Below are positions 51,549 through 63,635 of a stretch of DNA of 64,000 bases, piece after piece. The position numbers were made by a program, and so were the translations under genes. The stretch spans positions 23,312,001-23,376,000 of the forward strand of contig OX597815.1 in NCBI GenBank assembly GCA_951406725.2, written 5' to 3'. The notes under the pieces were generated by a model. That model was not told the origin of the DNA. It made no database searches and worked only from the letters and a program-made list of their open reading frames with translations. Source of the DNA: Octopus vulgaris (Eukaryota). How positions within the stretch are numbered: the stretch's first letter is position 1; every line of letters starts with the position of its first letter.

Positions 51549-52826
51549 ACAAGGGTTGACTAAAAGTTCATAGGCTAACCAAGATACTCTCATGGAATGT
51601 GACCAAATGAAGTTTATTTTCCAACATAGTCCCCTTTGCAGCTCACACAATTCTTCCACTGGTGTTGCAGAGCTTGGATCCCATTGGTAAAGCTTATGTC
51701 CTTCTTGTCAAAAAAATAATCAAAGTAGATATGAAGTCATCATCTCTGCAATAATGGTTTCCAACCAAGTTAGGGAACAGACAATAGTCAGATGGTGCCA
51801 AATCAGGAGAATAGGGAGGGTTATTAACCAGTTCAAAGCTATAGTCATGGACAGCAGTCATTGAAACCAAGTACTTGTGTACTGGAACATTGTCCTGATG
51901 AAACAAGACCCCTTTTCTTAGTTTTCCTGGGTGTTTGGTCTTGATAGCATTTCGTAACTACTTCAGCAAGTTGGCATAGTGCTCTTCATTGATGGTGTGG
52001 CCCTTTTCAAGATAGTCAATAAGCACGATTCCTATTGCACTCCAAAAACCTGAGGCCATCACTTTCCCTGCAGGTGAAATGATCTTGATCTTCTTTGGAG
52101 CAGTTGAGGAGGGATGTTTCCACTGCATGGATTGTCTCTTGTCTCTGGTTCAAAGTGTTGAACATAACACTCATCATGTGTTAGGAAACATTCAAGGAAA
52201 CTAGCTGGATCTGCATCAAACACTGTCAGATTTACCCATAATGTGATCAGCCTGATGTGCTTTTGATCAGGTGGTAGAAGACGTGGCAGCCACCAAGCAG
52301 AAATCTTCATCATACCAAGTTCATTGTGCACAATATTCTCAACTCTCTCACAGGATATGCTAATAGCATTGATTATTTGATTTAGTGTCAATCACCTGTC
52401 ATCCATCACTATGCGGTGAATTCGATCAATGTTTTCCTCAGTGGTGGCTGTTGCAGGACATTCAGGTGTTGGATCATCTTCAAGACTTCCCCTTCTTCCT
52501 CCTAAATTCAGCTGCCCAGTTTTGCACTGTTGATAGAGTGTCATCCCCTATTGTAGCAACCATGTCAGCATGAATGTTGTTGGGGGGCTAATCCCTTTTT
52601 CTGCAGGTACTTGATAACACCATGATGCCAAGTTTTGTTTGTTTTCAAGAGAAGTTACAATTAGTTACTTTAGAAGTCTTCTTTGAACAGTGATATATCA
52701 ATTTACCTAATAACAATAACAATGTTATGAAAACTAATAACAATGCAGTTATGAATAAGACAAGAATTCACAGCTCTAGTATCACTCCTTTATAGTCAGC
52801 CTATGAACTTTTCAGCTTTCCCTCAT
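51549..52826 (-). mobile_element. Near-full-length mariner element (about 1.28 kb), decayed
   Basis: TIRs (AAAAGTTCATAGGCT / AGCCTATGAACTTTT); WLPRLL, THDE, HQDN and PPYSPDLAPSDY. Confidence 0.9.
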
Positions 52827-53935
52827 AGTACAGATATAGACATCTCCTCCGCCTCTTCCTCCTTCAAGAACACTCTGAAAGTTTGTACACCTGGCTTCTC
52901 ATAATGAGACTTTTGTTTTCGCTGGGTTCTGGACTTTGCCTCGGGATGCAGTCCACTCCAATTACAAACAGAAAAGGAGTTATAGTGTCTTTTTGTAGAA
53001 CTCCTGTTAATGTTTGAAATTCTTCAATTGAGCCAGAGATGCAAAGGTGGACAAGGAGGAGAAAAGAAAAGAGAGAGATTGAGAGAAAGACAACTAAGGA
53101 GTACCCCAAGTATTTAAAGAAGTTTATTTCAAGTGTACTCTGAGTACAAACTTCTTGTGTGCATCTGATAGATATGAAGTCAGTTTTCACTGTCAGCCAG
53201 TTGTGAGCCTATGACAGCTTTTGTGCATCCATAGTTTATACTAGGTATGCTGTATGGAATTTCTACCTACTCTTCTTCCGCCTAGCAAGAATGACCTCTT
53301 TCCTGTTGGCAGGAGATTCATATCTGTTTTCCGGTTATCTTTCCTGTTAACTAAATCCATAGCCTTTGGTATGTGTACTTGGTGACCTCTCATTTCTAGA
53401 TTTTTGTTCCTCTTTATTGAGAGCTTGGTCATCTAGGTACAGGTATCTGAACAACCATTAGTACATAAATGAATGCATACATACATACACCCCCACTCAC
53501 ACACACACACATACACATATTTTTATATATCTTCATATATGTACTGATGACTGTGGGAACTCCTGTACCAGTCCAATCTAACCAAGCTCTCACCACAGAA
53601 CTGGTTAAAGATTTTGAGAAGGCCAAAATCTAGAAACAAGAGGTCACCAAGTAAACAGGAAAGACTAAAATTTTATTTCGTTTTTTGATTTGGTTTGCAA
53701 GATTCTTTATATGAGTTCGTGTGTTGAAGCATATTCTGTTGTGTCTGGGGAGAGTCATTCTCTTTTAGTGCCTTATTATTTAACACACCGGTAAAATTTC
53801 CACTTATTTCTTATTTTTATTTTCTAAAATTTTGCGTCTTGCAACCTTTTCAATAGTTAACAAGAAATATATATATATATATTTTAAAATACATACACAT
53901 ATATATGATTGTGTTTACAATACAAATATACATGC

Positions 53936-53967
<32 letters not shown>

Positions 53968-54675
53968 GTTCAATTTGAAGACTCCACTAGAATGGACGAA
54001 AGCGCTAATATATGATACATGATGTATAAAAACATGTAACATACAAATAAATATCTGTAAATATAAAACCATCCAAATTTCTGAGTACCTCATTTCTTCT
54101 AATATAAAATACCTGTACATCATCTCCAAACCTTCTAATATATATATATAATATATATACTAGTTCGAACACACTATCTTTAAGATAACATATTTTACAT
54201 TGTGTCATATATTTGTGCAACATATATGCATAAGTATACATATAGAATGCAGTAATTAAGAATGGAATAGAAAAGTCTTTGCATCTGATATGGAGTAGCT
54301 GAAATATTTTTAAACTCCATAGTCCGATAGTATTCACAGTCATCATATACTAAACCCAGTTTCATTGCAGTCTCGTTGTAACTATGGCAAACTACACCAT
54401 TAATAGTCCACATATCTTCAAATGATGTAGCTCCAGGAATATGATATAGTAAAGCTCTCAGATAGAATTGCTCTTGTTCCATTGGTGAAACAAAGTAGAT
54501 AGGCCCAATTGAGTGTGTATTAATTTTTCTGAGATGCCACATTTTCTCACTATTATTCCATGTGTAAAATTCAGGGAAATCATTATAGTGTAATGTATAT
54601 GCAAATGAGTTAGCTGGTGATTTCCAGTTAATTAGCATCCATTCAGTGAGAGGGGACCTATCATGTGTAAATAAC

Positions 54676-54778
54676 TGCTTCGGCAGTACATATATTAAAA
54701 TTGGAACGATACAGAGAAGGTTAGCATGGCCCCTGCGCAAGGATGACACGCAAATTCGTGAAGCGTTCCATATTTTTT
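54676..54778 (+). pseudogene. RNU6: U6 snRNA retrocopy 1 (about 5 nt 5'-truncated)
   Basis: TGCTTCGGCAGTACATAT...ACAGAGAAG..AGCATGGCCCCTGCGCAAGGATGAC...CCATATTTTTT; no upstream PSE/TATA (the flank is Helitron ORF). Confidence 0.95.
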
Positions 54779-54795
54779 GTACTTGCTTCGGCAGT

Positions 54796-54827
<32 letters not shown>

Positions 54828-54886
54828 GTTAGCATGGCCCCTGCGCAAGGATGACATGCAAATTCATGAAGCGTTCCATATTTTTT
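54779..54886 (+). pseudogene. RNU6: U6 snRNA retrocopy 2 (full length), abutting copy 1
   Basis: Starts GTACTTGCTTCGG directly after the T6 of copy 1; carries two CpG-type transitions. Confidence 0.95.
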
Positions 54887-54916
54887 GTTGTGGTGCACCT
54901 GAGCACTGTATACAAT
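54887..54916 (+). mobile_element. LINE 3'-terminal stem-loop fused to U6
   Basis: 28/30 identical to the reverse complement of 17919-17948. Confidence 0.85.
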
Positions 54917-56834
54917 AATTTCATTATCATTTTTAATATCATCATCATCATTAAAGTAAATTTATTGCTGTTGGGGTAAATGAACTGTGAGCTGTTGGAC
55001 TGCAGGATGTGAACCATGTAATTTGAACCCTAAAATCCTCCAGCCTGCCTCTGATGAGAATACATAGCAGCCATTGATATAATTTTCAATTTCATCTTTG
55101 TTTGTTGTGCATTGGTTTGTACACTAATATTGACTGTCCACTAATATTGGTTTGTCCACTAATTATGACCTTTATGAATATATTTGCTAATATATTTAAC
55201 TGATTTTACAGATGCACATATCTCTACATTACAATGACCTCTATATTTGACTAAAAAGAACGGGGAATATGGTACTACTGGACGATTATCTAATTCAACA
55301 TTAGACTTTGTAAATGTAAAACCATTATTTCGATGTCGGTAAAGTGGATTGCCATTATAACTGTGTAATGTATTTTCTTGAAAGTTTTATTAGTATAAAA
55401 AGTATGGTTGTTTTTCAAACAATTGGTTTAAATGTTATGTTTAAATAAAGTAATTTATAATTTGGTGTATGGGCATATAAAGTTTTGATCTTTAAGGAAA
55501 AGGTTCAAGTCCATTTTTTTGTAAAGAGTTTTAAGTTAAGTTAAACTATAAGTTTTCAAGATTTGAAATAAATAATGATATTTAAATTCTCTATGAGGTG
55601 GTCAAAATTTTTAGTCGGTAGATTGTAAATCTATTTATAAGTATAACATGTTTTTGGTGACATGTTGAAACAGAATTGGTTGTATTTGTGGATTTGGAAG
55701 TTCTGCATAAATAAATTTATCATAATGTTCTGGAGCTTTTTGTTATATGAACAACATATGACAATGGGGTAGTCCATGCTTTTGAAACTCTATACTCCAC
55801 ATATACCCTACAACCTCTCCCAAAACATTCTTCAAAATATCATGCAAGAGATCCTTAAGTTTTATGTTAAATACTTTGTCAATTAAATCTGGTCTGTCAG
55901 CTGGTGTCTGTCCTGGATAAAGTTCGTCTGTGATACTGGTCAAACAACAAAAATTCTGACACAAATGAAAATTAAATTATGGAGATGTACTTGCATAGCA
56001 AGTGACTTGATCTGAGATTGTGTGCTGAAACAACAATTGCAACGTGGAAGATGATTGTAAGCCATTTAAGAACACACAAAAAACTGTTAGATTCACTTCA
56101 ACATTTAAATTTAATTTGTGTCAAACTATTTTCAGTGCTCTGAATCCGTGACCTGTTCACTGACAAAATTTCTTGCTGCACCTAATCTGACCTTTCCGAT
56201 ATTTTTTTTCCACTGGATTCCCATGTTTTCGATGATGGAGATTCTGAATATGCAAAAAACTACGTTTTCAAAATTTTTAATTGTGGCAAGAGAAACATTT
56301 ATGGAAATGAACTTGTGCAATGTTATGCCTCTGAATTTCTTTTTAATTGTGATAATGAATGAAGTTGTTCAGTCGTTACCACCAAAATTAATTTCCTTTG
56401 CATTTTCTCTCTCTCTTTCAATATTCACTTAAAAGAGAGAATTTGTTGTTACCAACAGCATTAAAACTTTAGTAACGTGATCAATCTGTTATTGAACCAG
56501 GGTTTTAATTTCATTTGATGCACACTTTGCTATCATTTATATGGGGAATTGCAAGCGTGGCATATAAACACAACTTATTTTGATAGAAATTTTATGAGTA
56601 CATTTCTGTAAATGTTTTCCTTGTGCACCCTCCCACCTCCACATACATACACATATACTCACGTGGATACACATGGATGAAGTCCCATTTTGGAAGTATA
56701 TTAAAGTTTTTATTATTTTGGAATGAAGAACACAAACATGGGTGCTGAGCCAGTGACTAAACTTGTAGTATTTTGTTGGAATTAATCCAATGAATTGACA
56801 GCAAGGTAATTGCTTCTATCAGAATTCCTTTTCC

Positions 56835-57218
56835 TTTTTACTTATTTCAGTCATTTGACTGTGGCCATGCTGGAGCACTGCCTTTAGTCGAGCAAATCAA
56901 CCCCAGGACTTATTCTTTGTAAGCCTAGTACTTATTCTATTGGTCTCTTTTTTACCGAAACGCTAATTTTCGGGGACATAAACACACCAGCATCGGTTGT
57001 CAAGCGATGTTGGGGAGACAAACACAGACACACAAACATACACACACACACACACATACGATGGGCTTCTTTCAGTTTCCTTCTACCAAATTCACTCACA
57101 AGGCTTTGGTCGGCCCGAGGCTATAGTAAAAGACACTTGCCCAAAGTGCCACGCAGTGGGACTGAACTCGGAACCATGTGGTTTGTAAGCAAGTTACTTA
57201 CCACACAGCCACTCCTAC
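56835..57218 (-). mobile_element. SINE family 'A'
   Basis: Homology to the other copies. Confidence 0.9.
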
Positions 57219-59263
57219 ACCTACTTTTGTTTACTTTTAAAGTGAAAAACAAAACTGACGTATATGACAGGTATGTAAAATACATTTTGTGTACTTCTTC
57301 CTCTGTCCATTCAGATAAACTGTAGAAATTGATGCGTGCACACACACACACACACACAAATTCTCCAGACATTTAGCTGTTATTTTTAGCATATCGAGTG
57401 TTGTGGTGAGGGTTTCACATGCTGTGGTCCTTTTGCTGTTTCACTATGAATCTACAAATGTGGAAACAGACAAAACAGCCTTTCATTTTCACTTTTAGAC
57501 AGCAGAATGGGGTGTGAATCAATTTTGGAGTTTTTCATAAAAAATTTGAAATTGAAATTTGTTTTTTTTCACCATATTCTTAATCTCTGTAGATTAATCT
57601 TTTATCTATTCAATCTTTTCCACGTAGATTGAAAAAAAAATTTCGCAAAAATGTTAAAAATTAAAAATCGGAGGGAGGGGGAATTAAAAATTTTGAAAAC
57701 GTGGTTTTTTGCATATTCAGAATTTCCATCATCAAAAACATAAGAATCTGGTGAAAAAAAAAAAAATCAGAAAGGTCAGTTTAGGGGGTGACTGTGCACC
57801 AGGTCCACCGTTTTTATTGTGCTCTTTAGAGTCTACACATTCATTTTACCCTAGAAAACTTTTTCTTTTTAATTTGTTGTTGGGAAAAATTCTTCATATT
57901 TACCAAAAGAAAATATTATTAGTATTAAAGAAACAGACACTATGCAATAAATATTTTTAGATGTCTTATATCACAAAAGCAAATCAAATTGTATGAACAG
58001 ATCGTAAGATTGATCTGTGAAAATTTCAAATAACATTGACGATAATTTTTGTCTTCATGCATGCGCATAAGCATGTACTCCGGTCTGGGAAATGCTATAA
58101 CTGGTTAATGAGTATCACTGGGTAAGCGTAACAGGACATACAGAGAAACACATTTTCTTTTGAATATATTACTAATGATCCAATATATGTGCATATGTAT
58201 ATATACATATATATATATATGTGTGTGTGTGTGTTTATCAATTTGTTGGAGTAAGTGGAACAAGAGCACACATGGAAAAAGTGTTACTGAAGAGGTCACA
58301 GATGTGTGACAAAAGATTTCCAGACAATGGAAATGAGTTAAAAAAAAAAAAAAAGAACAGTAGTAAACAAGTGAAGAACAAATATATAGTATGTGTGTGT
58401 TTATTTGGCAAAAAAACCAAAAATGACCATCATCCCGAAATACAACAATGTATGTATGTATGTATGTATGTATATATGGTATGGTATGGTATTGTTCTGG
58501 TCAATGTATGTATTGTGCTGCTCTTCACCCCTATGTATCATGAGACACCTCTAGCCCTTATTCACTATTCACTACATTCACCTCTCAACACTTGTTCTTC
58601 ATTCACTATATTCACAAAACATCCTTATCCACTCCTTATCACTCTCTCTCTCTCTCTCTCACATACACTCTTGTAACCTCTACCCACCTGCACTCCTTGT
58701 GTCTCTGTTCCCACTCATTTTTACATGTCTTGTACTTTGAAAGTCCAGCTAGACATCTCACCATCATTATTTTTATCTCTTCCAAACACCACCCTACAAC
58801 TCTGACTCTCTTCTAAAAGGTGAGTCATCATGCAGCCTGGAATTCCATTTCTAATTCTCCTACAGATTCAGCTGTAAGAATTAGGTCTCTAAAAACAAAA
58901 ACTTTTCTTTTATGCTTTTATTCTTTCTTTTTCAATTCATTCTTCTTCTTGACCTGTCAGCTCAAATCAGGGCTTAGTTTGTTTGATTTGAATTGTAATA
59001 TGTAAAGGCAATCATTTAAATATGCCCAACTTAGTATAGGTATAGATTATTGTTCACTCAAGTTTCCACAGCAAATAATTTTTATGTTTGATTCCAAAGA
59101 ATCAGCCTTTGATTTTGTGTCCATGATGCCTCATATAGAAATGGTTGCATATTTTATTGCATGATAATATAGTAATGCTTATATGATCATCTTTTTGATG
59201 AAACAATTGTAAATCAATGTAATAAAAAGACTTGCTCATTTCATTCTCCTTGGTTATAATTAT

Positions 59264-59313
<50 letters not shown>

Positions 59314-59397
59314 TGTGTATGTATGTACATACATATTAATGTTTGTCTCTTTCTGTCTGTCTGTCTATAAGATTGCTGCTATTTTTTTTTACAGTCA

Positions 59398-59451
59398 ATG
59401 AAGACTTTTCCAGTATACACCATTCTTTGGGTGGTCTCATTCCTTGTAAAG
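59398..59451 (+). CDS. First coding exon (signal peptide) of a putative secreted/membrane mucin-like glycoprotein
   Basis: T-tract+ACAG acceptor (59394), ATG at 59398, MKTFPVYTILWVVSFLVK, strong AAG|GTAAGT donor in phase 0 that matches the next exon. Confidence 0.7.
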
Positions 59452-60211
59452 GTAAGTTAACATGGTATTTTTTAGTTCTATCCCATCTTGAGAGATGCTA
59501 GTGAAACTGGATGCTTGAAGAATCATCTCCCCTTATTAATTAAAAACTAATTAACATAATTTATATTCCCTTGTATTTCCCATTCTTTATAGAAACAGCA
59601 TGGTTAGGTAAATTTTGAACAATTAAACTATCAACCTCTTATTTTGGGCCTCTTTCATCACTCTCTGTACTCCTTGCTTCATCTGAACAATTTATTTAAT
59701 GCTGGTGAACAATAAATGAACGGAGTCAACATAGGGTAGAGGGGGCCCGTGAGTCTTGTCAGGGACAATACAACATCTCTAGTGCTGGTGCCATGATAAA
59801 GTCCACCCTGTATCTTCAGTTAAGTGGTTAAGCAAGCAAACAGACACAATATAGAGCAGGGGCAACTTACCTGCCTTGCCACTACAAAATACACTCAGTA
59901 TACTTTATAAAGTGGTTGAAGATAGGAAGGACATCTAGCAATAGAAAACATATTAAAAATGAGTTATATGAGTATGATGTCCCTAACCTATCTGAGAGGG
60001 TAGTAGCATTTACAAAGAACTAATTTGGTTTGTAATGACCTATCTAACCCATGTCAGCATACAAAGGTAAATGCAAAAATGATGATAATGGTGATGGTTT
60101 TGGTGATGAAGGTAATGTAAGAGTTTGAGACATGTTTCCAATGAAGGTTCTGCAAGGTGGCAATGATCCTGCTCTCCCTCATCTGATTCAGTCATTAAAC
60201 AAAAAAAAAAT

Positions 60212-60624
60212 AGGCATAGGAGTGGCTGTGTGGTAAGTAGCTTGCTTACCAACCACATGGTTCCGGGTTCAGTCCCACTGCGTGACACCTTGGGCAAGTG
60301 TCTTCTTCTATAGCCTCGGGCCAACCAAAGCCTTGTGAGTGGATTTGGTAGACAGAAACTGAAAGAAGCCGTTGTATATATGTATATATATAAGTGTATG
60401 TGTGTGTGTATATATTTTTGTGCGTCTGTGTTTGTCCCCCCAACATCGCTTGACGACCAATGCTGGTGTGTTTATGTCCCCGTAACTTAGTGGTTCGGCA
60501 AAAGAGACCAATAGAATAAGTACTAGGCTTACAAAGAATAAGTCCTGGGGTCGATTTGCTCGACTAAAGGCGGTGCTCCAGCATGGCCATAGTCAAATGA
60601 CTGAAACAAGTAAAAGAGTAAAGA
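60212..60624 (+). mobile_element. SINE family 'A' (intronic)
   Basis: Homology to the other copies. Confidence 0.9.
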
Positions 60625-61316
60625 GGTCTGGATTCTTGTAGGACGGTAATATTAGAGGATGAAGATAGACAGTAAGATAGAGAGGATGAAGAGAGTTTTC
60701 AAAATATAATTCTTGTACACCAGTGTTTCCCACAGTTATTTAGTTGTGTTGAACCACTAATTCAAGAATCCTAAGTTGACATATAATTACTGACTCTTAA
60801 AGAAATTCAACTATGCTACTTCTCATTTCACACTCAAGTAAATGGATTTAGAAATGACAATTTACTACAAAAATTTTTACAGAAAGAGCAATTTTGGATA
60901 GACAAAAATCTCATACTGGTGAAGCATAGCTGTCACCCTCCTCATAAGCATTGTATGTCCACTCTTTCAAATAGGCACGGATTAGATGGTTTTCTGAGGT
61001 AGTTTTTTTTTTATGGTAGGATACCCTACATATCGCTGACCATACAACTCGCATGGATGCAGTGTACTGTTTCTAAAATGAAGATGCACATAGTATAAAG
61101 TAAGCAACTGTAGCAAAACATTTTTGTTTTGTTATTTTGGCGTTAGGAAGGGCATCCAGCTGTAGAAACACTGCCAGATCAGACTGGGCCTGGTGCAGCC
61201 TCCTGGCTTCCCAGACCCCAGTTGAACCGTCCAACCCATGCTAGCATGGAAAGCGGACGTTAAACGATGATGATGATGATGATTTTGGAGAATAAATGTA
61301 ACAGAGTTACATTATA

Positions 61317-61479
61317 GGCGCAGGAGTGGCTGTGTGGTAAGTAGCTTGCTAACCAACCACATGGTTCCGGGTTCAGTCCCACTGCGTGGCATCTTGGGCA
61401 AGTGTCTTCTGCTATAGCCCCGGGCCGACCAATGCCTTGTGAGTGGATTTGGTAGACGGAAACTGAAAGAAGCCTGTCG

Positions 61480-61520
<41 letters not shown>

Positions 61521-61730
61521 TTGTGTGTCTGTGTTTGTCCCCCTAGCATCGCTTGACAACCGATGCTGGTGTGTTTACGTCCCCGTCACTTAGCGGTTCG
61601 GCAAAAAAGAGACCGATAGAATAAGTACTGGGCTTACAAAGAATAAGTCCCAGGGTCGAGTTGCTCGATTAAAGGCGGTGCTCCAGCATGGTCGCAGTCA
61701 AATGACTGAAACAAGTAAAAGAGAAAAGAG
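61317..61730 (+). mobile_element. SINE family 'A' (intronic)
   Basis: Homology to the other copies. Confidence 0.9.
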
Positions 61731-62158
61731 AGTGACATGGAATACAATGATCAATAACAAGTTTGTTGACCAATCATTTTCTAAGTGACCTTTTAGGTTA
61801 ACTGACAATGTAAGAACAGCACCCAACATTAAATACATGCTCCATGAATTTTGACATATTTTTTCTTAACTTTCTGTCTTACCCACCCTTTGTTAATGTG
61901 GAAAAATAGAAAGAAAAACAAATTTTTAAAAAATATATCAACGAAAAATTATTAAATGTAATTTGGATGACTTCTTATCAATATTTTGTCACCCAATTGT
62001 ATTGTCTTCCTCCAAGTGAAATGCTTTCAATATACACCTTTTCTATCTCCCCTGCTCCCTCCTTAATGTAACGGAGAGTAATTAACTGAGCTCTAGATCC
62101 CTGGTTACTCTGAACTAAAGGGATCCAGCAAGATAAGAATAGAGGTTATATATGAATA

Positions 62159-62555
62159 CTAGCAGCTAAGCCCGGTTTCGCCCGGTCTGTTTGGATGATG
62201 TGGCTGTGATCGTTTTCGGTCAAGCATAATCTATAACAGCATTTGTCAACCTTATCATTTCGGGTCCCCTGTTTCGATTGGAGTCTCCAGCTATATGAAA
62301 ATTTCTTGACCCCACCCCGTCAGAAAACAGCTCCTAAGCAACTAGTTGTTTTAATGGCAGAAGAAAGAGGGAAATTCCATTAGAAAAAGTTTTAATCGAT
62401 TTTTTTCAGTATGGGGGTTAGGAAAAAAATACAAACTGCATTCCAATCTATGCACTTGTCTCCACATTTTCATGCAAATCCACCCAGCCGTTTAGCTGTG
62501 AACCTCAAGACAAGAAAGAATAAGACGATCGCCCATATCCAATTTATATCATAGA
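62159..62555 (-). mobile_element. Non-autonomous Helitron
   Basis: Minus strand TCTATGATATAAA...CCGG hairpin...CTAG at A|T. Confidence 0.7.
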
Positions 62556-62593
62556 TTAAGGACTCTGTAGTTGAAAAGAAAATTGAACTAAAT

Positions 62594-62978
62594 ACTCTTT
62601 ACTCTTTTACTCTTTTACTTGTTTCAGTCATTTGACTGTGACCATGCTGGAGCATCGCCTTTAGTCGAGCAAATCGACCCCAGGACTTATTCTTTGTAAG
62701 CCCAGTACTTATTCTATCGGTCTCTTTTGCCGAACCGCTAAGTGACGGGGACGTAAACACACCAGCATCGGTTGCCAAGCAATGCTAGGGGGACAAACAC
62801 ACACACATACACATATATACAACAAGCTTCTTTCAGTTTCCGTCTACCAAATCCACTCACAAGGCATTGGTCGGCCCGGGGCTATAGCAGAAGACACTTG
62901 CCCAAGATGCCACGCAGTGGGACTGAACCCGGAACTATGTGGCTGGTTAGCAAGCTACTTACCACACAGCCACTCTTG
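62594..62978 (-). mobile_element. SINE family 'A' (intronic, inverted relative to 60212 and 61317)
   Basis: Homology to the other copies. Confidence 0.9.
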
Positions 62979-63163
62979 CATAGATGCATAAAGATTATAT
63001 ATTTCATTCCTTCCATTTCACAAACAGAAAAGAAAAAGAATGGACTTCTGGCAAGATGATTTTTTTTCTCTTGCATTAAAAATGAATGACCAAAACTAAA
63101 ATCTTTTCATATGTTTTCTTATATTAATTTCCAATTGTTTTTTTTTTTTTTTTTTTTTTTTAG

Positions 63164-63635
63164 CATGGTCAGCCAGCATCTTTTCCTTCCTCACCAAATC
63201 ATTACAGTAGTAAAAACAATGATTTCATGACAGAATCAAAAGCAGGCCAAATAGAGGCAATGCCAGATATAAAGGAAATCAGGGTAAAAAGGAATATAGC
63301 AGAAGTATCACGAGCAACAGATATACCTGCAAATGCGCAACCATTTAATGCACAAGGAAATTTAATATCATCAACTGTATCTTATGCTTCAGCATTACTT
63401 GCCGCACTTGAGAATGGAACAAAACTCAATGATTCTGAACTAACAACTCCATTCAGTGCATCTCGGAATACAATGTTAATTAACACAACTGGAGAAGACG
63501 CTTCTTATGTAACAGCATCGACCAATGACACTGAGAATGTAACACAGTTTGACACACAAACACGATCAGTGAACACATCTGAAGAAACATCAACTCCATA
63601 TGTAACCACAACACCTTTAATAACTACGACTACTA
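63164..63635 (+). CDS. Second coding exon: Ser/Thr-rich, N-glycosylation-site-rich (mucin-like) segment
   Basis: Poly-T+AG acceptor at 63163; open frame HGQPASFPSSPNHYSS...TTPLITTTT; several N-X-S/T sites (NGT, NDS, NTT, NDT, NVT, NTS); A|GTAAG donor in phase 1. Confidence 0.75.

Larger units (their letters stand above)
54340..55950 (-). mobile_element. Helitron Rep/helicase pseudogene fragments, interrupted by the U6 chimera
   Basis: RPDLIDKVF..IEFQKHGLPHCH (HUH Rep motif), DEIENYI..SSEAGWRILGF.LH..HPAVQQL.VHLP, and FYLRALL.H.PGATSFED..T.NG. Confidence 0.85.

Noticed and set aside
54195-54857. 220-aa minus-strand ORF with a repeated N-terminus
   Set aside because: It is a chance fusion of antisense U6-U6 with Helitron Rep sequence, not a gene.
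54676-54886. Functional tandem U6 genes
   Set aside because: There is no upstream PSE/TATA and no spacer, the copies carry private mutations, and a LINE tail is attached, so these are retrocopies.
56100-56170. Hammerhead-like layout on the minus strand (also at about 53830-53860)
   Set aside because: The core is too degenerate (GTGAACA) to call as a ribozyme.
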